Below, in pieces: positions 29,137-39,965 of a DNA stretch of 64,000 bases. Location: assembly GCA_043803405.1 (NCBI GenBank), contig JAZDKB010000018.1:192001-256000 (forward strand), given 5' to 3'. The notes below the pieces were generated by a model. It ran no database searches. It saw only the letters and a program-made list of their open reading frames with translations, and had not been told where the DNA came from. The position numbers and the translations under genes are program-made. Position 1 is the stretch's first letter, and the number at the start of each line of letters is the position of its first letter. The stretch comes from Spirochaetota bacterium. Lineage in GTDB: Bacteria; Spirochaetota; UBA4802; JAFGDQ01.

Positions 29137-30009
29137 ATGAAAAATAATAAATACAAGGTTTTTTCGATAATAGCAATTTTTCTCGCTGTTTTAATTTTTG
29201 GATTCCCCGGAGCTAAGACAGCTAATTCAAAAGTAATAACCAATGTTCCGGCAGACATCAGCTCAAAAGAATTAAGGGCTGTTGTAGTCGAGGATTTTGA
29301 AACACCTGCCGAATATACGCTGGAGACAGTCCCGAAGAAGAATACTGATCCTAAGAGGGATCCTGTCCCCACGCTTCAACTGAAATATATTGACAGCGGG
29401 CCCGCGGATTTGAAGGCTGAAAAATGGAGCGCAGATAAGAAAGGAATGGAAAAGAAAAAAGTCCTCGGGGTCCACTTCAGATTCAAATATCCGGGATATA
29501 ACCGCGTAGATATTATTCCGCCGCTGGAAGTACAATGGGATGACCCCAGCCGGAAAATTACTACATACGATTCCAGAACAGGAAAATATATTCAGGAAAA
29601 CGCGATTCAACTGCCAGGACAGGCAAGAGGATTGTCTATGTGGGTACACGGCAGAGGAGATGATTATTATCTGGATTGCTGGGTTAAGGACTGGAAAGGA
29701 GAAGTGCATATCCTTAAATTCGGGTCTCTCAATTATGTAGGCTGGAAGCCTTTGATGGCGGAAATACCTCGTTATATTCCGCAGGAAGTGGAAACTTATC
29801 CTCAGACAAAACTACTAAAAGTAATAAGATTTGTAATAAGGTCAACACCTGACGCAGCAGCACAGGATACATATATATTCTTTGATCAGCTGAAAGTGCT
29901 GACCGATATTTATGAAGTAAATTTTGACGGACAGGAACTTGATAAAGCTTTTAATGACGGCAGTGCGCCTTCAACAGCGCCAAGCAGCACGCCTAAAGAA
30001 AAGAAGTAA
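29137..30009 (+). CDS. flaA: Periplasmic flagellar filament sheath protein FlaA (second paralogue)
   Basis: Signal peptide; VVEDFE, VLGVHFRF, SMWVHGRG, GSLNYVGWKPL, YIFFDQLKVLTD. Confidence 0.88.
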   Translation: MKNNKYKVFSIIAIFLAVLIFGFPGAKTANSKVITNVPADISSKELRAVVVEDFETPAEYTLETVPKKNTDPKRDPVPTLQLKYIDSGPADLKAEKWSADKKGMEKKKVLGVHFRFKYPGYNRVDIIPPLEVQWDDPSRKITTYDSRTGKYIQENAIQLPGQARGLSMWVHGRGDDYYLDCWVKDWKGEVHILKFGSLNYVGWKPLMAEIPRYIPQEVETYPQTKLLKVIRFVIRSTPDAAAQDTYIFFDQLKVLTDIYEVNFDGQELDKAFNDGSAPSTAPSSTPKEKK

Positions 30010-30045
30010 ACATATTTAATTTTTTCATAATACATCCTGAAGCAA

Positions 30046-30084
30046 AATACCCATCCTTTAATTGTGATGGGTATTCTGTTTTTG
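30046..30084 (+). terminator. Intrinsic terminator after the flaA pair
   Basis: AATACCCATC-N10-GATGGGTATT followed by a T-rich tail. Confidence 0.7.
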
Positions 30085-30237
30085 TAATATATCAGATTTT
30101 TTTATTTCAAGGCGGAAGGCGTGCGATAGCATCGGGGATTTGCCCTAGGGAATTTTACTAAGCCATGAATCTGATTATAGTGATGCTTCTATAAATTATG
30201 ATGAAACATAATATTAAATTATTAACCAGGCACAGAT

Positions 30238-32958
30238 ATGGATAAAGAGAAAACAATGGATAAAGAGAAAATATTAGAACGACTTAAATCATTATTTAAA
30301 GAAGAACAGTGGGGAAGAATAGATCCCAAGGATATAGGCATCTCCAAATTCAAAATTCTGGATGATATTTTCAACAATCTTGTAAGTGCCGGATTGCTTA
30401 AAGATGCATCAGTTGAATGCAAAACATATCTTACGGAACATCCTGACTCAATAATTGCATCATATTTAGTTGGCTGCATGGGCCATCATTTGGGACAAAT
30501 CGAAGACACGATACAATTAAGATTATTAATAGATCTTTTTACAAAAAATCATAAATGGGCAATAGTAGAATTATTATCGGAAAAAGTACTTGAATACGGA
30601 GAGAACAGGATTGCTCTAAAGGCGCTTGCTACAAGTCTTGAGCGGCTTGGCAGGAACAGAGAGGCCACTCCTGTGTGGGAAAATCTTCTTAAACTGGACA
30701 GATTCGATACTGAGGTTGCAAAAAAACTTGCATTTGCTATTATCGACGAGGATCCGGAGAAAAGCGCCCAGTATATGAAGCTTTCAATAGAAGGATTTAT
30801 AAAAAACGGTGAATTTAATGAGATTTTAGCACTATGGAATAAATTAATTTCTATTTCTTATGAAGATACTCAGTTTTTTGACAGAATAGAGAGAATGCTT
30901 GTTGAGTCCAAACATCTGGAATTAACGGCAACATTGCTTAAATCCCTTTTTCAAAAACATAAGGATGATGAAAATCCGAATCAATCAATAGAGATTCTAA
31001 AGAAAATACTGGATTACTCTCCTGAGGATATAAATTCAAGAAAGGAATTGATTAAATTTTATTTAAAAAAATACGGCAATCATTCTCAATATGAGCAATT
31101 TTTAAAACTTTCAAAATTGAATAATTTCAAATATCCCGTGAAGCACGCTATTCAGGATTTTGAAAAAAATATAGTTTTCGATAAAGGTAATTACGTTTAT
31201 CACAGATCATGGGGAGTTGGTAAGATTTCCGATATTGAGAATGAATTTATCGTAGTCGATTTTAAGGAAAAAACAGGGCATAAAATGTCTATCCAGATGG
31301 CGCTTCAATCTCTAATGCCCATAGGAAAAAACCACATATATGCGATGGAGCATGAAGACCCGCAAACCCTTCATGCTTTGTTCAAAGATCAATTTATAGA
31401 TTTTTTTGAAATATTAATAAATTCATTTGAAGGAAATATATTTTTAAATGATATAAAAAAAGAGCTGATCCCGAAATATGTAAGCCTTAAAGAATGGTCA
31501 AAATGGTGGGCAAGGGCGAGAACTGAAATTAAAAAGAATCCTCATTATGGCGTTTCATTAAAGAAAAAAGATTTAATTTCACTCAGGGACAAACCTTTGA
31601 CATTTGCCGATGAATTGCTGGACAATTTTATTAAGTCAGGATCATTCAGCGAAAAGCTGGATATTGCAATAGAATTTGTCAATAATATTGAGAGCGAGGA
31701 AGGAAAACCTGTTGCGCAGTATTTTCTGGATTATTTCAGTTCTCAGACAAAGGAAGGGTCTCCTACAAAGGAGATATTGTCATATTTTATTCTTAATGGA
31801 TTTTCAAAATTTATCGATTCGCAAAAATTGAAGCTTGATGCCATACTTGCAAAAATTACTCAATTCATTAAATCGAGCAATGATCTTCCATTGATTTCAA
31901 GAAAAATAACAAGCTATGACTATAAAAAGGATTTCATTAATTTAATCGAAAATACAAGGGAAGACTGGCCTAGTGTAGTATCCGGAATATTATTTGAAAC
32001 GCCGGTCAGAATTCACAAATACATAGTAAATAATTTAATCAGAGCAAACTCGTTTAATATTATTAATCTTTTTATTGACAGAATAATAACAGGCGCGAAA
32101 CAGAATTCGGAGGTTTTTATCTGGCTCGCAAAAAATATACTAAGCGGTGCATGGGATTATTACTGGCTGGATTATTCAAGAGAGCGTTTGATCCTGACTT
32201 ATTTTCGCGTTTTAAATGAATTGAAAAAGATCGAGATTAAAGGAAACCGCTTAAAAAACATGGCGATGGAATTATTGTTTGATAATGATTGTGAAGTATT
32301 CAGGAATATTATCAATCAAAGTTCATCGACTTTTTTAAACAAGATTTACGATTTGTTTAAAAACATAAGCTATATTGAAGACTCGCATAAGGAAAAAATA
32401 TTTTCAATTATTAAAATAAAATATCCCGATTTTAACGTTGCAGATAAAAAAATGAGCGATGAGGAATGGGAAGTCGAACTGGAAAAACTGATCGTTTCCA
32501 GAGAAGGATATAACCGAATGCAGAACGAACTGAACAGGATGGTTAATATTGAAATGGTAAATCTTTCAAAAGATCTGGCAAAAGCATCCGATGTATCCGG
32601 AGATGTAAGAGAAAATGTGGAATATAACGCTTTAATAGAAAAACAAACTACATTGAAGATGGCAATCAACCGTCTGGATAATGAAATAAAAAAAGCTGAA
32701 ATTTTAAATCCCGAGATTGTATCCACAGACAAAGTTAATATAGGAACCAAAATAAATTATTCCGATGCCGACACAAATGAGAATAATAATTATATTATCC
32801 TCGGCCCATGGGATGCGGATTACGGCAGAAGAATTTTATCTTATCGTTCTCCTATAGCAAAGGCTTTCCTTGGGAAAATAGTAGGTGATAAGGTAACTTT
32901 AAAAATAGGGGAAATGACTAAAAATTTAACAATTAATTCTATTGAGAAATTTATTTAA
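30238..32958 (+). CDS. greA: Long-form transcription elongation factor GreA with helical-repeat N-terminal extension
   Basis: C-terminal GDVRENVEYN, VNIGTK, ILGPWDAD, LSYRSPIAKAFLGK; central YVYHRSWGVG module. Confidence 0.9.
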   Translation: MDKEKTMDKEKILERLKSLFKEEQWGRIDPKDIGISKFKILDDIFNNLVSAGLLKDASVECKTYLTEHPDSIIASYLVGCMGHHLGQIEDTIQLRLLIDLFTKNHKWAIVELLSEKVLEYGENRIALKALATSLERLGRNREATPVWENLLKLDRFDTEVAKKLAFAIIDEDPEKSAQYMKLSIEGFIKNGEFNEILALWNKLISISYEDTQFFDRIERMLVESKHLELTATLLKSLFQKHKDDENPNQSIEILKKILDYSPEDINSRKELIKFYLKKYGNHSQYEQFLKLSKLNNFKYPVKHAIQDFEKNIVFDKGNYVYHRSWGVGKISDIENEFIVVDFKEKTGHKMSIQMALQSLMPIGKNHIYAMEHEDPQTLHALFKDQFIDFFEILINSFEGNIFLNDIKKELIPKYVSLKEWSKWWARARTEIKKNPHYGVSLKKKDLISLRDKPLTFADELLDNFIKSGSFSEKLDIAIEFVNNIESEEGKPVAQYFLDYFSSQTKEGSPTKEILSYFILNGFSKFIDSQKLKLDAILAKITQFIKSSNDLPLISRKITSYDYKKDFINLIENTREDWPSVVSGILFETPVRIHKYIVNNLIRANSFNIINLFIDRIITGAKQNSEVFIWLAKNILSGAWDYYWLDYSRERLILTYFRVLNELKKIEIKGNRLKNMAMELLFDNDCEVFRNIINQSSSTFLNKIYDLFKNISYIEDSHKEKIFSIIKIKYPDFNVADKKMSDEEWEVELEKLIVSREGYNRMQNELNRMVNIEMVNLSKDLAKASDVSGDVRENVEYNALIEKQTTLKMAINRLDNEIKKAEILNPEIVSTDKVNIGTKINYSDADTNENNNYIILGPWDADYGRRILSYRSPIAKAFLGKIVGDKVTLKIGEMTKNLTINSIEKFI

Positions 32959-33014
32959 GAATATATTATTTTTCCTTGATAATTTACAAGCAGTGTTTTA
33001 ACTAAGTCATTAAT

Positions 33015-33098
33015 GCCGCGATGGCGGAATTGGTAGACGCGCCAGGTTCAGGGTCTGGTGGGCGTATGCCTGTGTGGGTTCAAATCCCTCTCGCGGCA
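33015..33098 (+). tRNA. tRNA-Leu (anticodon CAG)
   Basis: Acceptor GCCGCGA/TCGCGGC, D-loop GGAATTGGTAGAC, anticodon arm CCAGG-TTCAGGG-TCTGG, long variable arm, GGTTCAAATCC; CCA not encoded. Confidence 0.95.
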
Positions 33099-33184
33099 AT
33101 AAGCTTTCCCATCTGGATTGAGTTGTTTAATAATTACGCAGACCCCGTTTTGACTCTAATCTTCATATCCCAAATGATTTCACT

Positions 33185-33856
33185 TTATTTAGTGTACTGT
33201 TTTTCAATATTTTTAACTAAATCGTAGATCACTTTAAAATTATCTGCTATCCATTCCGCTCCTTCAAGTTCATTTACAGCATGCCCGAACGAACAGCCGA
33301 TAAAAGGAAGATTATTTTCTTCTGCTGCCAGTCTGTCTGAACTCCTGTCTCCAATCATTATAAATAAATCATGGCCGCTTATTTTATCTTTATATTGTTT
33401 TAATATTCCCGTCTTATTGGTAATAATTTCATTTAATACAATAATCGGCTTTATAAAAAAGCCGGCTAAGCCGCTTGTATGCAGAATTGCTTCAATATAT
33501 TCCAGTTTTCCATTTGAAGCTGCAAAAAGCCTGTATCCTTCTTTATGGAATTTTTCTATAGTTGGATACGCGTTTTCGTAAATGTAACCTCCGCCATTAT
33601 TTATCATCTCAGCAAGCACATCAGTGCAAAGATCCGTCATCTGTTTTTGCTCTATTGTTTCGAGATATGGAAACAATTTCTGAAAAATTGCATCTGTCGG
33701 TATTCCAAGAGTTGATATTATTTCTTCACGAGAGGGCATTTTAATATCCTTTGGATTACGTTCAATCATTATGGCAATTGTTCTTTCAAAAGCTTCTACA
33801 ATTATATCGCCGCAGTCAAAAATAGTCCCATCTATGTCAAATGCCAGGCATGTCAT
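33185..33856 (-). CDS. HAD-family hydrolase
   Basis: FDIDGTIFD motif I, ASNG motif II, K, MIGDRSSD motif IV. Confidence 0.9.
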   Translation of the reverse strand: MTCLAFDIDGTIFDCGDIIVEAFERTIAIMIERNPKDIKMPSREEIISTLGIPTDAIFQKLFPYLETIEQKQMTDLCTDVLAEMINNGGGYIYENAYPTIEKFHKEGYRLFAASNGKLEYIEAILHTSGLAGFFIKPIIVLNEIITNKTGILKQYKDKISGHDLFIMIGDRSSDRLAAEENNLPFIGCSFGHAVNELEGAEWIADNFKVIYDLVKNIEKQYTK

Positions 33857-34028
33857 AAAATATCCTTAATTGTTTTGTCCAATGTGAAATAAAGATTCTT
33901 TTTTTGCGATTATTTTTTTAATAATACAATTCAGTATTTAGTTGCAAAATAGTTGACTATTGCTATTAATATTTATTTACTCTGGCAATATATTTAATAA
34001 TAAATGATAAATCATTTAGGATAAAATT

Positions 34029-34934
34029 TTGAAAACGTCAGTTAAAATTGGTAGTTTAAGTTTAAAAAATCCGGTGACTGTTGCATCCGGAACTGCCGGA
34101 TATGGCGAAGAACTATCCGAATTTTTAGATCTGTCTAAACTAGGGGCCATTTTCACCAAGGGATTGTCGTTAAATCCAAGAGAAGGAAATAAAGGCCACA
34201 GAATAATAGAAACACCTTCCGGTGTATTAAATTCAATCGGGCTGCAGAATGTCGGGTTAAAAGCATTTATTGAAGAAAAACTTCCATTGCTGCTCAGAAA
34301 AAACGCTGTGGTAATTCCGAATGTAGCAGGGCATTCAATCGATGAAAACACCGAACTATGTTCTATACTTTCCGGAACAGAAGGTGTTTCGGCCCTTGAA
34401 CTAAATGTGTCGTGTCCGAATGTGGAGCATGGCGGCATGGCGTTCGGTACAGATATCCATATATTTTCGCAGCTGTTAAAAAGAGTACGTAAAGTTACAA
34501 AAGGAATCCTTATCGTAAAATTGTCTCCCAATGTAACAGATGTTATCACATTTGCTAAGATTGCAGAGGATCTTGGAGCGGATGCTGTATCTGCTATCAA
34601 TACAGTCCTGGGAATGAAAATTGACGTAAAATCGCGTAAGCCGTATTTTCAAAGGAAATCTGCAGGTTTAAGCGGCCCGGCAATAAGGCCGATTGCGGTC
34701 AAAATTGTTTATGATATTTATGAAAAAGTAAAAATACCGATAATAGGGCTTGGCGGCATTTTCTGTCTTGAAGATGCCCTTGAATTTTTTATGGCAGGAG
34801 CCACTGCAATCAGTATAGGTACAATGAACCTGGTTAATCCTTTGACGGCTTCGGATTTATTAGAAAAACTTAACGAATATATGGTTTCTGAAAATATTAA
34901 CGATATTAACGATCTTGTCGGGGCTGCTCATTAA
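34029..34934 (+). CDS. pyrD: Dihydroorotate dehydrogenase family 1 catalytic subunit
   Basis: KNPVTVASGT, LNSIGLQN, ELNVSCPNV, VKLSPN, GLSGPAIRP. Confidence 0.95.
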   Translation: MKTSVKIGSLSLKNPVTVASGTAGYGEELSEFLDLSKLGAIFTKGLSLNPREGNKGHRIIETPSGVLNSIGLQNVGLKAFIEEKLPLLLRKNAVVIPNVAGHSIDENTELCSILSGTEGVSALELNVSCPNVEHGGMAFGTDIHIFSQLLKRVRKVTKGILIVKLSPNVTDVITFAKIAEDLGADAVSAINTVLGMKIDVKSRKPYFQRKSAGLSGPAIRPIAVKIVYDIYEKVKIPIIGLGGIFCLEDALEFFMAGATAISIGTMNLVNPLTASDLLEKLNEYMVSENINDINDLVGAAH

Positions 34935-35010
34935 GAACAGTAAGTGCGCGGATCGCATTAATATTAGAATATCTTTTTTATAAAAAAAATATTACTATCC
35001 GGAGATTCAA

Positions 35011-36063
35011 ATGAAGTACTGGAATTCGAAGTTAAAAAAAATGACGGAATACATTCCGGGCGAACAGCCTGCGAATGTTGAAGAATACACAAAGTTAAAT
35101 TCCAATGAAAATCCTTTTCCGCCTTTTAAGCAGGTTTTGGAAACCATAAAAAAAACTGCCGATGAAAAACTTCGTTTTTATCCTGACCCCAACTCCAAAT
35201 CGTTAAGGGAAACTTTTGCGAAACAGAACAGATTGAAGTCGGAGAATGTTTTTGCAGGCAATGGATCGGATGAAATTTTTACCCTGATCTTCAGGGGATT
35301 CATAGAGCCTGGCGGCGTTGCTGCATTTCCTTATCCTTCATATTCTTTGTATTATACTATGGCAGAAGCTCATGGGATAAAATATGATAAAATTAATTTA
35401 AAGAAACCTTTTGATGTTGATTTTAATGAATTTTTAAAGAAAAAATATGAACTCGTGATTGTCGCTAATCCTAATAATCCTACAGGCCGAGGTATAGAGA
35501 CAGATAAAATAGAAAAATTTTTGAAAAAATTCAATGGGTTACTCGTTGTCGATGAAGCATATGTTGATTTTTACGGCGAATCGGCCATTGATTTGATAAA
35601 CGAATATGATAATATCATCATCACCAGGTCATTTTCTAAATCTTATTCTCTGGCTGGTCTTCGCATAGGGCTGGCAATCGCAAATTCTGAAATCATAAGG
35701 GGTTTGTTCAAACTCAAGGATTCATATAATTTGAACAGGATTTCCGAAGCAGCTGCCATTGCGGCCGTACTGGACAATAGAAGTTTTAAATATAATATAG
35801 AGATGCTAATTAATAATAAGGAGTACCTGGAAAATCAGCTTACGATGCTCGGCTTCGAAACAATTCCGTCAAAAGCAAATTTTTTATTTGTTACGCATCC
35901 ACAAGTAAAAGCAAAACAGATATATGAAGAACTGAAAAATAAAAAAATATTAGTGCGCTACTTTGAAGGGCCTATCCAGGCCGATTATATAAGGATTACT
36001 GTAGGAACAATGATGCAGATAAAAAGTCTGGTAGCAGAGCTTAGCTCTATCGTAAAAGTCTGA
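35011..36063 (+). CDS. hisC: Histidinol-phosphate aminotransferase
   Basis: YIPGEQP, KLNSNENP, GNGSDE, NPNNPTG, DEAY, RSFSKSYSLAGLRIG. Confidence 0.93.
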   Translation: MKYWNSKLKKMTEYIPGEQPANVEEYTKLNSNENPFPPFKQVLETIKKTADEKLRFYPDPNSKSLRETFAKQNRLKSENVFAGNGSDEIFTLIFRGFIEPGGVAAFPYPSYSLYYTMAEAHGIKYDKINLKKPFDVDFNEFLKKKYELVIVANPNNPTGRGIETDKIEKFLKKFNGLLVVDEAYVDFYGESAIDLINEYDNIIITRSFSKSYSLAGLRIGLAIANSEIIRGLFKLKDSYNLNRISEAAAIAAVLDNRSFKYNIEMLINNKEYLENQLTMLGFETIPSKANFLFVTHPQVKAKQIYEELKNKKILVRYFEGPIQADYIRITVGTMMQIKSLVAELSSIVKV

Positions 36064-36673
36064 TGATTTTTCCTTCGGTATTGGTTATAAAATTACGCTG
36101 AATAATTTCGTCAAATGTGAGCTCCTTTGCTTCAAAACGCATTACGTCATGCTTGTCTATCCAGATCGTTACACTCTCTGTTACTGTTTCGCGTACCCAT
36201 CTGACGCCTATAACAGAACCGACTATTTCTTTTTCTACAAAAATTGTCCTGCAGGATTGCAGGATATAAAGAATGTCGGTCAGGTATTTACGCAGTTGGG
36301 ACAATGCTATTGTCTGATATGGAGAATTACCCGGAGAAATGTCCGGCGGCACATTGATATCTATGCCAAGATACAGTTTATTTTTTTTATCTTCTCTTTT
36401 ATCATAGTAATAGCCGATACTTTTTTCCGCGATGGAAATATTTTTTTCCTCTGTAACTGACCGGGCAATGCCAATAAGGTACTGGTAATACTTGTTATGA
36501 TACTCAGCCCCTATTGTGGTATAGTTATCCGTATTAACCAGATATATCTCATATTTATTTTGTTTTTCCTTGTCATCGGAATATTTTAATATTTTTTCTT
36601 CCCTGGAATCTGCCGAGGAGCAGGATGTTAAAATTATAAGGAAAAAAACAATAAAAGATTTTTTTAATAGCAC
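36047..36673 (-). CDS. Hypothetical lipoprotein
   Basis: GTG start with GGAG RBS, hydrophobic signal peptide, ILTSC lipobox; 17-bp convergent overlap with hisC. Confidence 0.7.
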   Translation of the reverse strand: MLLKKSFIVFFLIILTSCSSADSREEKILKYSDDKEKQNKYEIYLVNTDNYTTIGAEYHNKYYQYLIGIARSVTEEKNISIAEKSIGYYYDKREDKKNKLYLGIDINVPPDISPGNSPYQTIALSQLRKYLTDILYILQSCRTIFVEKEIVGSVIGVRWVRETVTESVTIWIDKHDVMRFEAKELTFDEIIQRNFITNTEGKIIRLLR

Positions 36674-36850
36674 AAGCTACTCCATAATATTTTTATTTAA
36701 AGTGCCGCGTAAAATGGTGATTAAATCATATTCTGTATATTGATTATATATGTTAACTTGAAATTAAAATAGCAAATATTTTTAATTTATAGGATAAATA
36801 TTTTTTTAATAGCCGAAAATAAATAAAAACCGGCTTAAATTGAGTAAACG

Positions 36851-38110
36851 ATGTTTAAAATGAGATACATTATTTTAAGTTTAATAATTATACTTTTTGT
36901 TTTTTCATGCGTAAAATCCAATAATGTACCTGCCCGTAAGTACAGCAAAATTACCATAGGTCTTGATAATTTTTTAAATAATTATGCAGGAGATTATAAA
37001 GGTAAAAAAGCCGCAGTCGTTACAAATCATTCAGGTCTTGATTCTTGTCTTCGTACTAATATAAATCTGCTGAGAGAAAAAAATATTGAAATAGCGCTGA
37101 TACTAGCTCCTGAGCATGGGCTCTACGGATATCAAAATGAATATGATAAGGAGATTTATTTAACGGAAGACAGCTCAAATGCCATAGTATATAATCTGCA
37201 TTTGCTTAATAAAAAAAAATTCATTCATTTAATAAAAATTGCAGATTTTGTTATTTTTGACATGCAGGATATGGGTATGAGATGTTATACATATATTTCA
37301 TCATTAAAATTTATTATGGATTCTTTGTCAGGATCTGATATAGAGTTGATAGTATTTGATAGACCCAATCCTCTCGGTTTTTTATATGTTAACGGACCTT
37401 TTTTGGAAAAGAAATTTTATTCCAAAGAAATATCTTCTTTCCCTGCTCCGCTTTTTTATAATATGACTATCGGAGAAGCATCGTTATATTATAATGGCGA
37501 GTATTCGAAAAAAGTTAAGTTAAAAGTAATCCCAATGGAAGGATACTGGCGCAGGATGCTGTATAGCGACACTAAGCTTCCTTGGGTCCCCCCATCCCCG
37601 AACCTGCCAACATATTTAAGTTCAATAATTTATTCATGTGTTGTATTGATGGAAGGCATTAACATTTCGATCGGCAGGGGAACCGTAAAACCTTTTGAAT
37701 ACATAGGCGCGCCGTGGATTGAGCCTGTATCATTTTGCAGGAGATTGTCGGAGCTTAACTTAAATAATTTTATATTCAGGCCCGTTTATTTTGAGCCTAC
37801 TTTCTCAAAATATAAAGGTGAAAAATGCGGCGGGGTTCAGATAATTTATACAGGCGGTAATTTTGATCCAATGGAAATATCGTATAAGCTTATTTCCTAT
37901 ATTATGAACAATTACCGCGAGTTTGAATGGCAGGCTTTTAATAATATATATCATATTGATCGTCTGGCAGGCACTGATAAATTCAGGAATGCCCTGATGA
38001 GGAACAAAAGCTATAAAGAATATTCAGATGAAATTGAAGATGGGAAAGCTTCTTTTTCAGATAAGAGAAAAAAATATTTAATATACCGCGATAATAATTT
38101 CCCGATATAA
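36851..38110 (+). CDS. DUF1343 / NamZ-like exo-beta-N-acetylmuramidase (lipoprotein)
   Basis: VTNHSG, APEHG, FDMQDMGMRCYTY, DRPNPLG, PPSPNLP, GRGTVKPFE. Confidence 0.88.
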   Translation: MFKMRYIILSLIIILFVFSCVKSNNVPARKYSKITIGLDNFLNNYAGDYKGKKAAVVTNHSGLDSCLRTNINLLREKNIEIALILAPEHGLYGYQNEYDKEIYLTEDSSNAIVYNLHLLNKKKFIHLIKIADFVIFDMQDMGMRCYTYISSLKFIMDSLSGSDIELIVFDRPNPLGFLYVNGPFLEKKFYSKEISSFPAPLFYNMTIGEASLYYNGEYSKKVKLKVIPMEGYWRRMLYSDTKLPWVPPSPNLPTYLSSIIYSCVVLMEGINISIGRGTVKPFEYIGAPWIEPVSFCRRLSELNLNNFIFRPVYFEPTFSKYKGEKCGGVQIIYTGGNFDPMEISYKLISYIMNNYREFEWQAFNNIYHIDRLAGTDKFRNALMRNKSYKEYSDEIEDGKASFSDKRKKYLIYRDNNFPI

Positions 38111-38277
38111 TAATAGCACTTTTATAATCTAACAGTAAAAACACATACAGGCAGATAAATTGCTTGTGCATTAAAAATAGTATAATATCCATTAGAAAAA
38201 TAATTTGATTGCGCTTAAATTATTTACTAATAGGATTTACTTGATTCAAAAAATCATTAAACTAATTCCACAAGGTA

Positions 38278-38721
38278 TTGCTGATGAAAACAATAAATGA
38301 CAGTAAACTTTATTTATATTTTATAATTATTACTTTTTGTATAGGCATAATTCTGGGCCTTATTTTTTCTTATTCTGCATTTATTGTAGAACCGGAAATA
38401 AAAGAACTGATTTTAAGCGAAGATAATATTGACGAAAATTTAAAAAAAGCTTATCAGAAACTTAAAGATCCTCAGATTTTTGCAAGATATGAAAATTTCG
38501 ATTTCCATGCGGTATCTATTAAATCAATAATTAATGTTTATGATAAAAAATTAGAAACTAATGAAGAATTTAGTAAAAACGACAGGATATATCTTCAAAT
38601 TCTTTTAAACAGAAGGGAACTAGGCAGCCTGCTGACAAGAAATACTATGATATTTTTCTTTTTATTATCGCTTCTGGGGTCTGCGTTTTATATTTATGAG
38701 CTAAAAAAGAGTAAAGAATAA
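38278..38721 (+). CDS. Hypothetical two-TM membrane protein
   Basis: N- and C-terminal hydrophobic helices; start probably ATG 38284. Confidence 0.65.
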   Translation: MLMKTINDSKLYLYFIIITFCIGIILGLIFSYSAFIVEPEIKELILSEDNIDENLKKAYQKLKDPQIFARYENFDFHAVSIKSIINVYDKKLETNEEFSKNDRIYLQILLNRRELGSLLTRNTMIFFFLLSLLGSAFYIYELKKSKE

Positions 38722-38812
38722 TTTATTAAATAAATTTTTAAATTAATATAGATTAAGAGAAATCCAAATATCTTTTAAGACTTCTCTTAATTTAAATCGC
38801 TAAAACGCCAAT

Positions 38813-39916
38813 TTATTCAAATGCTACTTTTTCTCCTTTCAGCTTGTCAAATTCCTTCAGCAATTCCTTTTGTTTCGAAGAAAGTTTTTTTGGAATAAGA
38901 ATATTAACTTTAATCAGCTGGTCGCCTCTGCCGTAAGATCCAAGATATGGTATGCCGTTTCCTTTTAATCTAAAAATTTGAGCACTCTCTGTACCGGGCG
39001 GGATTTTCATTTTTGCAGTCTTCCCGGAAATTGTCGGGACCTCAATCTCGCCGCCAAGACAGGCAATTGGAAACGATATTTCGACAACATTCAGCAGATC
39101 GTTGCCGTGCCTTTCAAATGTCGGATGTTTTTTTACATGGAGAAATACATAAAGGTCTCCGCTGGGCCCGTTATTCGGTCCTGCTTCGCCTTCCCCGGTT
39201 ATCTTTAATCTGGAACCTGATTCCACTCCAGGAGGAATTTTTACAGTAATTTTTCTTTTCTTTGATACAACGCCGCTTCCTTTGCAGGTTTTACACGGAG
39301 ACGAAATAATCTTTCCTTCTCCCCTGCATTTGTAACATGTTTGTGTTACTGAAAAGAAGCCCTGTGTCTGTCTCACCTGGCCTGTGCCGTTGCAGACCGA
39401 GCATACAGAAGGCTGAGACCCTGCAGCAGCACCTGTGCCGCTGCAGGTTGTGCAGGCTTCATTTCTAGGTATTTCCACCTGCACTTCTTTGCCGGAAACA
39501 GCTTCTTCCAGTGAGATAGTGAGCTCGTACTGAAGGTCCGCGCCTCTTCTGACTTTTTTTGCTCTTGCCCTTTGACCGCCTGCTCCTCCTCCGAAGAAAC
39601 GTTCAAATATGTCGCCTAAATCGAAGTCGAAGTCGCCGAATATGTCGGAAAAATCTGCAGCAGCTCCTCTTCCAAAGCCTTCAAAGCCGGAAATGCCGTC
39701 ATGGCCGTACCTGTCGTACATTGCTCTTTTCTGAGGGTCTCTCAATATCTCGTAAGCTTCAGTTGCTTCCTTGAATTTTTCAACTGCTTCGGGATTATCT
39801 TTATTCCTGTCAGGATGATATTTTAAGGCTAATTTTCTATATGCCTGTTTAATCTCATTTTCGCCCGTTGTTTTATTGACGCCCAGTATTTCGTAAAAAT
39901 CTCTCTTTGTAGCCAA
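38813..39916 (-). CDS. dnaJ: Chaperone DnaJ
   Basis: HPD J domain, G/F-rich linker, four CxxCxGxG repeats; TTG start. Confidence 0.97.
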   Translation of the reverse strand: MATKRDFYEILGVNKTTGENEIKQAYRKLALKYHPDRNKDNPEAVEKFKEATEAYEILRDPQKRAMYDRYGHDGISGFEGFGRGAAADFSDIFGDFDFDLGDIFERFFGGGAGGQRARAKKVRRGADLQYELTISLEEAVSGKEVQVEIPRNEACTTCSGTGAAAGSQPSVCSVCNGTGQVRQTQGFFSVTQTCYKCRGEGKIISSPCKTCKGSGVVSKKRKITVKIPPGVESGSRLKITGEGEAGPNNGPSGDLYVFLHVKKHPTFERHGNDLLNVVEISFPIACLGGEIEVPTISGKTAKMKIPPGTESAQIFRLKGNGIPYLGSYGRGDQLIKVNILIPKKLSSKQKELLKEFDKLKGEKVAFE

Positions 39917-39965
39917 GTTCTACCTCTTTAAAGAAATCCCCAGCAAAAAAATAATTTAACTTAAA

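Noticed and set aside
33021..33227. 68-aa ORF MAELVDAPGSGSGG...
   Set aside because: It is a translation of the tRNA-Leu(CAG) gene.
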